From Candidatus Poseidoniaceae archaeon (GTDB lineage: Archaea; Thermoplasmatota; Poseidoniia; Poseidoniales; Poseidoniaceae), in contig CALSTM010000001.1 of the NCBI GenBank assembly GCA_943789275.1, forward strand, positions 180,001 through 212,000: 32,000 nucleotides of DNA, written 5' to 3'. The notes under the pieces were generated by a model that did no database searches, was not told the origin of the DNA, and saw nothing but the letters and a program-made list of their open reading frames with translations. Position 1 is the stretch's first letter. The number at the start of each line of letters is the position of its first letter. Below are positions 23,201 through 31,174 of the stretch, one piece after another. Both the position numbers and the translations under genes were made by a program.

Positions 23201-23738
23201 CCTTGAAGGTCTTGTCGTAGACAAGGCAGACATCACTGCCCAAATTGAGGCACTTGCTGAAGAAGAGGACCCATCTGCACTGGAACTGAAACTTTCCGAG
23301 ATTAATACTGAACTTGGGCTGGCTTGTGAAGATCCACGTGCACCTCTTGCTTCATGTGAAGACGATTCAGTGGCAGGGTCAAGCGTCGACGCTGTTAAAG
23401 AAGAATTGAACCTTGAGATGATTGCTCTTATCGGTGGAATCATTCTCGCAGGCTTGCTTATCGGGTTGATGTTCACACGCCGAGGTCGAGATACAATGCC
23501 AAAGGATGTTTGGAACGACACGGCATGGAATCCAAACATGGTTCCCGCACACGACACTGTGGCGAATTCCATGTACGGTGGTGCTCAAGCCATCTTCCAA
23601 CAACCGGTCGCCGTTGCTCCAGCTCCAGCCCCACAAGTCATACCTGGCCCGCCATTGCCGCCAGGTGGCTTACCAGCCGGTTGGAGTCCAGAACAATGGG
23701 CATATTACGGCCAACAATACCTCGACGGAACGCTATGA
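20271..23738 (+). CDS. Giant (1155 aa) membrane-anchored surface protein: N-terminal signal/anchor, CGYC thioredoxin-like (Omp28-related-like) module, CARDB-like and NDAP cadherin-like/tandem-95-like repeats, acidic coiled region, TM helix, proline-rich cytoplasmic tail
   Basis: The N-terminus is MKMLARLLAPALVLLFVSSLMIGL. YITSDNCGYCYQYG has its CxxC at 20457-20468, and IQPVNDAPRL is a repeat hallmark. The TM helix MIALIGGIILAGLLIGLMF followed by TRRGRD lies at 23418-23490. The tail ends ...VIPGPPLPPGGLPAGWSPEQWAYYGQQYLDGTL. Confidence 0.85.
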   Translation: MKMLARLLAPALVLLFVSSLMIGLTDEMNAKEEQVELKEPVILSAPTDPGHTVFAQYITSDNCGYCYQYGSPAHDQAKTSLPDRYVYISYHSQSFGSTADAESGNIAPIYGVQHLGESSGAPKTSFGDATLNTGCGSNTCWDSYISSGGNMHSTSTDYSVSVSQTDNGDGTVDVSVSASYVGSGTAPSSITLYAAVTEKVCNSHTYADGSKGHNCWEAWLLNNGAYAHNGGNVGSGNGFETVNLNSGQAVKTWTVPTNLVNGGASNMNTVAALYSTWSTTSFNADVYAAADSTMAPKLDLAISSVAVSNPSSSNGGFVLGDIVTLDVTAANVGDLDYTDGGTIQFFYKNGANEVSISSTPLNNLNALATQTAQTTFDTSSLSSGWKNTFGARLTGLVADGNGGNNVAMQEVGQDRPPISKNPQIQGDQLIERGNHAMVLAKADADDTVDTSATMSFNVEISPAGLNQWTSSVISGGQNVVYSGTNNEGREYVVTPSAAMAAGWYDVRAQAVDSRGQVGDWKVIDGQSGFELKNGAPTVIPDPIPSVMCDTSTKVSMDGHIVDPETQLKDLIVTSNDPAFIAWHPLSEELEVNFAWSEVNGCPLGQQGLEISIDDGGDYSQTGELPYGTMLFNVIENGQPRWNGLPTQSIDEGSSGILALLPYLFDTDDFGTPTSVEDLSIQLISNSNEEAILATLDGNTIGFQTVDDDSNGQAVLTLRASDGVKASDATLTINIQPVNDAPRLIPVDDISTLTLKRNAQLVIDLTSRVVDVDNPAEEAFITVSSSEAGAARYSFIDGSLTLEFEQTGMQTVTILLQDKFDSQSYTLNVEVFDAYPFLASKDDSDTGYMVVALEDTYIGQTPTAIMLLTDNAPTFTFISVNWNICNKLTGTCDGLMQYNLDTSKSNVGWSNELLVPSILVPGELAREDGSQYKDYYQLAITAVDSNGDDYKMMSDLIWDITESMPTIEEMDEEMFSGYLEGLVVDKADITAQIEALAEEEDPSALELKLSEINTELGLACEDPRAPLASCEDDSVAGSSVDAVKEELNLEMIALIGGIILAGLLIGLMFTRRGRDTMPKDVWNDTAWNPNMVPAHDTVANSMYGGAQAIFQQPVAVAPAPAPQVIPGPPLPPGGLPAGWSPEQWAYYGQQYLDGTL

Positions 23739-23792
23739 ACTTAACACAAGTTCATACATGGTTGATTGTAAACCCATAAAGGGGAGCGACGC

Positions 23793-23797
23793 GGAGG
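23793..23797 (+). promoter_or_regulatory. Shine-Dalgarno GGAGG 7 nt upstream of the lonB ATG
   Basis: The sequence is gcGGAGGgtacattATG. There is no TATA-like element at -26 in the 66-nt spacer, which suggests co-transcription with the upstream giant gene. Confidence 0.5.
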
Positions 23798-23804
23798 GTA
23801 CATT

Positions 23805-25871
23805 ATGACCGACAAGGATACGACTTCAATTTGGTCTTCGGACGTCGAGGATTCAATCGACATGGTTGATGAAAATCCTGTTATCGAAGAGGTCACTGTG
23901 TGGGCCCCAGAGCCTGGTCCCGATTCAGATGATGTCCTCGGCTCCAGTATTGACGAGTGGATTGCGTCCGTTGAATTCTCATCAACCGAAGATGTGCCAA
24001 TTCCAGACCGTCTTGTCGACCAAGTTATTGGGCAAGAAGCCGGCTCTGTCGTGATCAAGAAGGCTGCTGAACAACGCCGTCACATGCTCATGATTGGAGA
24101 CCCAGGTACTGGGAAGTCGATGTTGGCCCGTTCGATGACTGACCTGCTTCCCAAAGACGCCCTCGAAGATGTACTGGTGTACCCAAATGAGGACGACGAA
24201 AACGAACCAAGAGTTCGTTCAGTTCCTGCTGGCCGTGGAGATCGGATTGTCAAGTTGCAAAAAGAATCCACACGCACACAGCGTGAACGCTCTCAAAAGA
24301 TGCTGCTCATCGCTTTTGCCGCTGTTGGGTTCCTCCTCGTCATTGCGACGATTCAAAGCGGCGATATTCTCACATTGTTGTTCGGTGGATTTTTACTGAT
24401 GTTTGGTTACATGTTCATACGTGGACGACTCGGCTCAGGCGATGACAGTCGAGTTCCAAAGGTCTTAGTGAAGCACGACAGCAAGGCTATGCCACCGTTT
24501 GTGGATGCGACTGCTACACTTTCCGGCTCTTTGCTCGGAGATGTCCGTCACGACCCTTTCCAATCCGGTGGTATGGAGACGCCTGCCCATGATCGAGTCG
24601 AGCCGGGCGCCATTCATCGTGCACACAAAGGAGTTCTCTACATCGACGAAGTGAACCTCTTGCGTCTTGAAGAGCAACAGGCTCTTCTTACCGCAATGCA
24701 AGAGCGTGCTTTCCCAATTTCGGGTCGCTCGGAGCGTTCATCTGGTGCCTTGACGAAAACAGAACCTGTGCCTTGTGACTTCATTCTCATTGCTGCAGGT
24801 AATCTCGATGCAATCCAAGGTATGCACCCTGCTCTGCGGAGCCGTATTCGTGGGTATGGATACGAAGTGTATGTGAACTCCGAAATGCCGGACACAGCAC
24901 GAAACCGCCGTAGACTCATCCGTTTTATCGCTCAAGAAGTTATTCGGGACATGGGCACCTCCCGTGAGATTCCTCACTTTGAGAAATCGGCAGTTGCGAT
25001 CATCCTCCGAGAGGCTCAACGCCGCGCAGGCCGCAGAGGTAAACTCTCTTTGCGACTCCGTGAATTGGGTGGACTGGTTCGAATCGCAGGTGACCTTGCT
25101 ATGGAAGAAGGTGCTCCTCTGACAACAGCGGCCCACGTACTGGGTGCTCGCAACATCGCAAAGCCACTTGAACAACAAGTCGCTGACAGAATGATTGAGC
25201 GCCGTCTCGATTATGCAATGATTGTGAACTCTGGTGAACGAATTGGCCGAGTCAACGGTCTTGCAGTGCTTGGTGCTAACTCTGGTCTTTCTGATTTTAG
25301 CGGCATCATGCTACCAGTCGAAGCACTGGTGACTCCATCGCTTGGTGGGGGTGGCAAGATACACGCAACCGGTGGACTCTCGGACCTTGCGAAAGAGAGC
25401 GTTACCAATGTCAGTGCGGTCATCAAGAAGTTGACTGGAAAAGACATCTCTGATTATGACATCCACATTCAGTTCGTTGACACTCACGGTGTCGACGGAG
25501 ATTCCGCTTCGATTACCATTGCAACTGCAATTATATCTGCCCTGGAAAACATACCCATTCGACAGGATTTGGCCATGACCGGTTCTCTGTCGGTCCGTGG
25601 TGAAGTTCTGCCAATCGGTGGAGTTACTGCCAAAATCGAGGCAGCAGCTCGCTCTGGAATCAAAACAATCGTGATTCCACGGGCCAATATGCAAGATGTT
25701 CTGCTGGATGAGAAATTCGAAAAGATGGTTGAAGTTGTCCCTGTTGACACACTCGATGAAGTCATGGAATATGCGTTGATTATGCACGAACAAAAGGAGA
25801 GTTTAGTTGAACGTCTTGGGGCAGTTATCGACCGTCTGACGCCTGCTGCAAGTTCCTTGACATCTGCCTAA
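23805..25871 (+). CDS. lon: Archaeal membrane-bound Lon protease (LonB type)
   Basis: Motifs are [35 protein letters not shown] (Walker A), [11 protein letters not shown] (Walker B), the catalytic Ser block [18 protein letters not shown], and Lys in [10 protein letters not shown]. Two TM helices ([35 protein letters not shown]) are inserted in the AAA+ module. Confidence 0.93.
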   Translation: MTDKDTTSIWSSDVEDSIDMVDENPVIEEVTVWAPEPGPDSDDVLGSSIDEWIASVEFSSTEDVPIPDRLVDQVIGQEAGSVVIKKAAEQRRHMLMIGDPGTGKSMLARSMTDLLPKDALEDVLVYPNEDDENEPRVRSVPAGRGDRIVKLQKESTRTQRERSQKMLLIAFAAVGFLLVIATIQSGDILTLLFGGFLLMFGYMFIRGRLGSGDDSRVPKVLVKHDSKAMPPFVDATATLSGSLLGDVRHDPFQSGGMETPAHDRVEPGAIHRAHKGVLYIDEVNLLRLEEQQALLTAMQERAFPISGRSERSSGALTKTEPVPCDFILIAAGNLDAIQGMHPALRSRIRGYGYEVYVNSEMPDTARNRRRLIRFIAQEVIRDMGTSREIPHFEKSAVAIILREAQRRAGRRGKLSLRLRELGGLVRIAGDLAMEEGAPLTTAAHVLGARNIAKPLEQQVADRMIERRLDYAMIVNSGERIGRVNGLAVLGANSGLSDFSGIMLPVEALVTPSLGGGGKIHATGGLSDLAKESVTNVSAVIKKLTGKDISDYDIHIQFVDTHGVDGDSASITIATAIISALENIPIRQDLAMTGSLSVRGEVLPIGGVTAKIEAAARSGIKTIVIPRANMQDVLLDEKFEKMVEVVPVDTLDEVMEYALIMHEQKESLVERLGAVIDRLTPAASSLTSA

Positions 25872-25913
25872 CGTTAGTGCAAACTGGAAAGTCTTCTCGC
25901 TTGTGAGCGAGGG

Positions 25914-25922
25914 TTACTAAAA
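25914..25922 (+). promoter_or_regulatory. TATA-like element TTACTAAAA about 25 nt upstream of ATG 25943
   Basis: This is the only A/T-rich stretch in the 71-nt spacer. It lies directly after a 6-bp hairpin (25896-25911). Confidence 0.35.
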
Positions 25923-25942
25923 GGCCAAGTCCTGGCGAAGTC

Positions 25943-27313
25943 ATGTCTGAGTCAGCAGTTGGCGGTGTAACCGTCCAAGATGCGAGCAAAGGGGCACTTT
26001 TCGTTCTCTTTCTCGTTACAATGATTGACATGATTGGCTTTGGGATTGTCATACCGTTCCTCACGTATCTGGTTGAAGATTTGACACCCGAAGGTCAAAC
26101 TGCGAACATTGGCCTTTGGGTTGGCTTGCTCATGACTTCGTATTCAGCGGCACAATTCTTGTTTTCTCCGTTTTGGGGCTCCGTGTCCGACCGAATCGGG
26201 CGACGTCCCGTCTTGATGGTTGGACTTGTTGGAAACACTGTCTTCTTCACTTTGTTTGGATTAGCAAACACCCTCATTCTTGCTTTCGTGGCACGTTTTC
26301 TTGCAGGCGTTTTCAACGGCAACATCGCCGTTGCACGCGCCTACATTGGCGATGTCAGTACGCCACAACAACTTGCAACACGAATGGGAATCATAGGGGC
26401 AGCGTTCGGTCTTGGATTTACGTTTGGGCCGTTCATCGGCGGTGAACTCTCTGATCCCGCTTCTCGCTGGGGTTGGTTTGAAAGTACAATTTTTGATTCA
26501 CATCCATACTTACTCCCATGTTTAGTGGCAAGTGTGTTGTCCGTCTTTTCTCTCATCATCGCTTTCCGCTCATTGCCCGAATCGCTACCTGCTGAATCTC
26601 GTACACAGAAGGAGAGAGTTCCTTGGATGACCAACATGGTTCACATCATGAAAAGTTCAGTTTCAATGCTCAAAGCGCCAAACGTTTCGCTCGTCATTTG
26701 GGTCTCGATGCTGTTCACATTTGGGTTTACCATTATGCATGCTGTGTTCATTCTCTATACCGAGATGAGTCCGGAGAACGGAGGTTTAGCCTTTTCCGAA
26801 GCAGATAATGGGCGCGTATTTGCAATGATTGGAATCACCGGAATCGTTACGCAAGGTCTTTTCATCGGTCCACTGACTCGTAAATTCGGTTCACGCACAC
26901 TGATACCGATGGCAAGTGTTCTTACAGGTATTGGGCTGGTTTTGATACCTTACACTGAGGCGTCAAGCAGTTGGTTTCACATTTTGATTGTATCCATCAT
27001 TATCGCCTTGGGTAATGGAATCTTCCAGCCATCTTCTTCATCGTTCTTGACTCGAGTTGCTAAATCCAACGGCTATGAATTGGGTGTGGTGATGGGTGCA
27101 CAGGAGTCGCTCGGTGCTTTTGCACGTATCCTTGGACCGTTGACAGGAGGTTTGGTGTGGACATTGACCGTTAGCCGTGCATGGCCATTCGACTACCATA
27201 CTGCGTTCCACATTTGTGGTTTAATGATGCTCTTAGCCGCCGTACTCTCGTTGAAACTGCCTCATCTTGAAGAAGACCTCCAACCAATACCCAATGCCAG
27301 TGAAGAATCCTAA
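25943..27313 (+). CDS. Major facilitator superfamily transporter (TetA/TCR-like)
   Basis: 456 aa with about 12 hydrophobic segments. The MFS loop motif is SDRIGRRPVLMVGL. The N-terminus MIDMIGFGIVIPFL is typical of the TCR/Tet family. Confidence 0.85.
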   Translation: MSESAVGGVTVQDASKGALFVLFLVTMIDMIGFGIVIPFLTYLVEDLTPEGQTANIGLWVGLLMTSYSAAQFLFSPFWGSVSDRIGRRPVLMVGLVGNTVFFTLFGLANTLILAFVARFLAGVFNGNIAVARAYIGDVSTPQQLATRMGIIGAAFGLGFTFGPFIGGELSDPASRWGWFESTIFDSHPYLLPCLVASVLSVFSLIIAFRSLPESLPAESRTQKERVPWMTNMVHIMKSSVSMLKAPNVSLVIWVSMLFTFGFTIMHAVFILYTEMSPENGGLAFSEADNGRVFAMIGITGIVTQGLFIGPLTRKFGSRTLIPMASVLTGIGLVLIPYTEASSSWFHILIVSIIIALGNGIFQPSSSSFLTRVAKSNGYELGVVMGAQESLGAFARILGPLTGGLVWTLTVSRAWPFDYHTAFHICGLMMLLAAVLSLKLPHLEEDLQPIPNASEES

Positions 27314-27346
27314 ACACTCAAGTGGTGAAGTTGTTTCTCGCCAAGT

Positions 27347-28768
27347 ATGGAAGTAGTTGGACCTGGTTGGGACTCCGGACGATTTAATCGTCGAGTATCG
27401 ACATTTGCTCACATATCTTTGCTGATTACCCTACTGGTGATTTGGCTCATTGTGCTGAAAGGTGTTCTTCAGCCGTTCTTCATTGCTTTAGGTATCTATT
27501 TCGTTCTCAAACCCGGCTCGGACTATCTTTCAAGTAACGGTTTTCCAACTATTCTTTCGTATCTAACGATGGTTTTGCTGACGTTGCTGGTTGTTTCTGC
27601 TGCCTCATTTGTGGCTTATCAGCAGGCAAATGACTTGATTCAAGACGAAGAACAAATGGAATTGTACAACGTGAAATTAGAGGAAAGATGGAGTGATTTG
27701 AAGCAATCCCCGCTGATTGGCTCCGCACTCAGTTCAGATTCGAATTCTGCCAATACGACACTGGCCGATGACCTTGCTTCAATGGGGTTGCTTGAAGATG
27801 ACCAGAAGATTTCGGATGCAGCTATGAGCATGGTTTCCAATGTCGGAGGTTTGATTGCAACCAGTGTGACCGTGATGTTCTTCCTTATTTTCATCATTTT
27901 CGAAGCCAGTCTTCTTCCTGGTCGGATAGAACGGGCGTGGCCTGATGGCGGGAGCAAAAAAGTACAAATCGTTCGTTCAAAGATCGAAGCCAGTGTCAAT
28001 ACATACATCGTTGTGAAAACGGGTGTTGGCGCAGGTACTGCGGTTTGTGCTGGTATTGTGATGCTTTTGTTCGATATTGATTTGTGGTTCACTTGGGCGC
28101 TAATTACCTTCTTGTTGAACTATGTGCCTTACATTGGTTCGCTTATCGCCACGATGCCTCCAATCATCTTGGGTGTTATTTTGTTGGAACCCAACTCCCT
28201 GATGCTTTTGGTTCTCTTGCTTCTTGCAAATCAACAAGTTTGGGGTCAAATCATCGAGACCAAATGGGCAGGTCGAGCACTCGACCTTTCACCGGTTCTT
28301 TTGTTGCTCGTCACATCCATTTCATTCGCAGGCTGGGGGATTCTCGGTATGGTTCTGGCCGTTCCATTTGCGGTCATCATCAAGATTGTTCTTGAGAATA
28401 TCGAGGCAACACAACCGTTTGCGATTTTGATGTCCGAGCGTGCACCGTCCATCGATGAAGCATGGGACGATGCTATGCGTGACGGTAAGATTTCCAATTT
28501 TGAAAGCCAATCCCTCAACCAATTGCAGGTGCTTCTTGGCTATTCAGATTACAAAGTAAAACTCATAGCTGGACGTATTGCTGCCCAGCGTGCTTTGAAA
28601 CGAAACAAACTTTCAGACGACCAAATTGACATTATTTCATTGGCAGCAGATGCTGTTGGCGACAACCCAATCATGACGGAAGTCGTTTCAATGTTAAGTG
28701 AAGGTAAAATGGACAAGGAATTGCGCCCAATTTTATCGAAGTTCATCGATGTAATGGAAGAAGAGTAA
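27347..28768 (+). CDS. AI-2E (PerM/UPF0118) family transporter with a roughly 110-aa soluble C-terminal extension
   Basis: The family core is FLLNYVPYIGSLIATMPPIILGV...GWGILGMVLAVPFAVIIKIV. The hydrophilic helical tail spans 28433-28765. Confidence 0.82.
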   Translation: MEVVGPGWDSGRFNRRVSTFAHISLLITLLVIWLIVLKGVLQPFFIALGIYFVLKPGSDYLSSNGFPTILSYLTMVLLTLLVVSAASFVAYQQANDLIQDEEQMELYNVKLEERWSDLKQSPLIGSALSSDSNSANTTLADDLASMGLLEDDQKISDAAMSMVSNVGGLIATSVTVMFFLIFIIFEASLLPGRIERAWPDGGSKKVQIVRSKIEASVNTYIVVKTGVGAGTAVCAGIVMLLFDIDLWFTWALITFLLNYVPYIGSLIATMPPIILGVILLEPNSLMLLVLLLLANQQVWGQIIETKWAGRALDLSPVLLLLVTSISFAGWGILGMVLAVPFAVIIKIVLENIEATQPFAILMSERAPSIDEAWDDAMRDGKISNFESQSLNQLQVLLGYSDYKVKLIAGRIAAQRALKRNKLSDDQIDIISLAADAVGDNPIMTEVVSMLSEGKMDKELRPILSKFIDVMEEE

Positions 28769-29041
28769 TCACAGAACTTCGGTGAGAATCTTCTCCAGTT
28801 CGGTGTTAATCATCAAGATGAGTGTGCCGAATTCTGGAGGGATGTTCGGATCTTCATATAATTCCTCAAGTTTTGATTGAGCCATCGCAATTCGTACATC
28901 CAATTTCTTAGCCTTGTTCAACAGCCATTGTTCGCATGCTTCTTTCGCTTGGCGGCGAATATTTCGAGGAACTTTAGGGTCGTCAATTTGGTTGATGACC
29001 GTGGCTACTTGCTGGAGTCTGTTTTCAATATCCATTATCAT
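28769..29041 (-). CDS. UPF0147 family protein (archaea-specific small helical protein)
   Basis: 90 aa. DDPKVPRNIRRQAKEA ... EDPNIP match the D..VPRNIRR.A and DPNMP blocks I recall for UPF0147 (PF03685). Confidence 0.7.
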   Translation of the reverse strand: MIMDIENRLQQVATVINQIDDPKVPRNIRRQAKEACEQWLLNKAKKLDVRIAMAQSKLEELYEDPNIPPEFGTLILMINTELEKILTEVL

Positions 29042-29078
29042 GCACCACTGTTCGTAATGTGTCGTGTGTGGAGGCCGT

Positions 29079-29086
29079 CTTTAAGT
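29079..29086 (+). promoter_or_regulatory. TATA-like element CTTTAAGT about 27 nt upstream of ATG 29109
   Basis: Its position matches the -26 pattern. It lies in a 67-nt divergent spacer. Confidence 0.35.
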
Positions 29087-29108
29087 CCATTGCCGCCATC
29101 CGAAGGTC

Positions 29109-30110
29109 ATGGCCCTCTCCGAAACCGATATTTTGGGTTGGGCCCGTATCTTTACGCTCTTCTTGGGTATGGGTTGGGCCGCATGGATGGATCACAAAGA
29201 ACGACGAGTGAAAAATGAGCACTGGCTGGTATGGATTAAGCCTGCCTTGTTTCTCTGGGCACTGGATTTGATGACACAGGGTGCGGATTGGACCATTTAT
29301 CTGACAGCATCTGCTGCGGTTGCTTATGCCAGTGGTGCGGTTCTTGGCAGACCAACACTTTCGGACATTCGAGCAGGTTCCCGACTTGACCAAATCGTTG
29401 CTCTATGGTACGTTGCCAGTGCAGTTGGCTTGATTTTCGGTGCAGTCACCTATCAGTCCGTTCATCCAGTCGATGTCCTTGTCGGTAATGAGGAAGGGCT
29501 TGGTGCTCTGTGGTGGTCTACTTTAGCGGTCCTCCCGCTCATTCTACTGATTGATTTGGCCTGGCGAGTCCGAATGCTCCATGGTGGTGCGGATGCTAAG
29601 GCGTTGATGTGGGTTGCAGTATTGATTCCCAGTTGGTCGACCATGCCGTTGACATTCTCATCCGCCACCGGTGATGCTCTGTTTACATTACCGCCTGCTT
29701 TTGCGCTTCTCATGTGGGGGGGGCTGTCTTTCCTTGCCATCCCGTTCATTCTGTTAACGCTTAATCTGATTCGAGGCCATGTGAGAAGTTTTTCAGATTT
29801 ATTCTTGGCATGGCATGCGATTCAGATACCTCGCCATGAAGTTCCTCATCGTCATGTTTGGCTGCTCACAACACTTGTCGAAAAGCCAAATGGTTCGCTC
29901 GAGGTCTACCACCGAAAACGTGCACCTCGTAAGTCTCCATCAACCGAGGAAGTCGATGCTGCATTATTTGAATTGAAAGAAGCAGGAGTCGAGAGCGTAT
30001 GGGTAAGTCAAAAACTCCCATTGCTCGTGTTCCTTTTCCCTGCCATCATTCCGATGTTTTTGCTCGGTGATCCAATGGCCATACTGATGCCATTGCTTGG
30101 ATTGAATTGA
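29109..30110 (+). CDS. A24-family aspartic peptidase (archaeal preflagellin/prepilin peptidase, FlaK/PibD-like) with a C-terminal extension
   Basis: It is polytopic. The first Asp motif is WMDHKERRVKNEHW and the second is LHGGADAKALMWVAVLIP (GxGD-type GGADAK). Confidence 0.8.
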   Translation: MALSETDILGWARIFTLFLGMGWAAWMDHKERRVKNEHWLVWIKPALFLWALDLMTQGADWTIYLTASAAVAYASGAVLGRPTLSDIRAGSRLDQIVALWYVASAVGLIFGAVTYQSVHPVDVLVGNEEGLGALWWSTLAVLPLILLIDLAWRVRMLHGGADAKALMWVAVLIPSWSTMPLTFSSATGDALFTLPPAFALLMWGGLSFLAIPFILLTLNLIRGHVRSFSDLFLAWHAIQIPRHEVPHRHVWLLTTLVEKPNGSLEVYHRKRAPRKSPSTEEVDAALFELKEAGVESVWVSQKLPLLVFLFPAIIPMFLLGDPMAILMPLLGLN

Positions 30111-30135
30111 GAAGAATCTCAAAGAAAGTTGTTCA

Positions 30136-30285
30136 TCATGCGCCCTTGCGCTCGATGTTCTTTGGACGTAGTCCCTTATAGCTGCATTTTCTACAGCGCA
30201 CAGCACGTACTGCGTTGCGTGCGTTGCAGCGCATGCAAATCTTGCGGTGAAGCAAGCGAGCTTCAGCTTCTGGGAATCGTGCCAT
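30136..30285 (-). CDS. rpl40e: 50S ribosomal protein L40e
   Basis: My own codon-by-codon reverse translation gives [49 protein letters not shown] (49 aa). It has the C-x2-C-x10-C-x2-C pattern and the [12 protein letters not shown]...[10 protein letters not shown] signature of archaeal L40e. It falls below the size cut-off of the ORF track. Confidence 0.9.
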   Translation of the reverse strand: MARFPEAEARLLHRKICMRCNARNAVRAVRCRKCSYKGLRPKNIERKGA

Positions 30286-30306
30286 GGCTTTGCGACTCAC
30301 TTCCCC

Positions 30307-30314
30307 TATTTAAT
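30307..30314 (-). promoter_or_regulatory. TATA box (ATTAAATA on the minus strand) at -29..-22 relative to the L40e ATG (leaderless)
   Basis: Plus-strand tatttaat at 30307-30314. The minus strand reads ATTAAATAGGGGAAGTGAGTCGCAAAGCC-ATG. Confidence 0.55.
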
Positions 30315-30376
30315 CGCAACCGAGTGTCATAAAATGGATAGGGCATTGCTTCCAACTGTGCATTTGCTGGGAGAGT

Positions 30377-31174
30377 ATGGTTCAAGGTGTATCAGCGATT
30401 CGGGAGAACATGCGTGTCCTACGCCTGCCGGCCATACACCACGACGCCAATTTGGTGGTCATTGGTGGCTCTATGGGGAGTCTTCTGATCGATGCAGGGA
30501 CTTCATGGTATCAAGGATTGCAAGTTGAGCGAATCAAGGGCGTTCTGGATGAAGGCGGTAGTCTTGACCGCATTTTGTTAACCAGCAAACGGTATCCTTG
30601 CTCCGGAGGGGCTCAGCACCTCTCCAAGTCGTTTGATGGTTGTGCTGTTCATGCCCACCCGGATGGACAGGCTGCATTGGAAACTGGAGATTTTTTCACC
30701 ACTTGGGCGAACCGTTTCGATTCGGATATGCCACCGGTATTCACTCAAATAGTTGAGGATGGAGACGTCTTTGCATTGGGGGACGGACAAGTTGAGTCCG
30801 TTGGCCTGCCAGGGCATTCATCGGATGGTATGGGGTATTGGATTCCTGAACAAAAGATGATGATTGTAGGTACGTTGATTCCTCGTGCTGACCGTCCGAC
30901 TCGATGGGATTTGCCAAGTGGATGCCTACCGGATTTAATCTCCAGTCTACAACGGATTTTAACGTTCAAACCGAAGTCACTCATACCTCTTCAGGGGCCT
31001 GCTATCAAGGGATTGAAACATGTTCGGGAAGTTGTCGAGCAACACATCGAATTCTTCGAACAATGTTTAGAAAACGATGGGCAAGTGCCTCGTTCAGTAC
31101 CTCGACCTGCACAAACGGCATTGTGGTACACACCGCATCCGCCTTGGCCACTTGAAGAGAATGAAAGTCTCTAG
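30377..31174 (+). CDS. Metallo-beta-lactamase-fold protein with a degenerate metal-binding motif
   Basis: LLIDAGTSW, VHAHPD and LPGHSSDGMGYW follow the MBL-fold order. However, the H-x-H-x-D-H position reads T-S-K-R-Y-P-C-S-G-G (30581-30610). An alternative start is ATG 30410. Confidence 0.6.
   Translation: MVQGVSAIRENMRVLRLPAIHHDANLVVIGGSMGSLLIDAGTSWYQGLQVERIKGVLDEGGSLDRILLTSKRYPCSGGAQHLSKSFDGCAVHAHPDGQAALETGDFFTTWANRFDSDMPPVFTQIVEDGDVFALGDGQVESVGLPGHSSDGMGYWIPEQKMMIVGTLIPRADRPTRWDLPSGCLPDLISSLQRILTFKPKSLIPLQGPAIKGLKHVREVVEQHIEFFEQCLENDGQVPRSVPRPAQTALWYTPHPPWPLEENESL

Noticed and set aside
25076-25085. The T-loop-like strings GGTTCGAATC (25076-25085) and GGTTCGAAT (21853-21861) as possible tRNA genes
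   Set aside because: The flanking sequence does not form a T-stem or an acceptor stem, and both lie inside strongly supported coding frames (lonB and giant protein 2). No intergenic spacer in the window is long enough (131 nt at most) and structured enough for a tRNA.
30129-30332. A Cys-rich 67-aa plus-strand ORF (a possible small zinc-finger protein)
   Set aside because: It is the antisense image of the L40e gene (30136..30285, -), which has a far stronger family match and its own TATA box.
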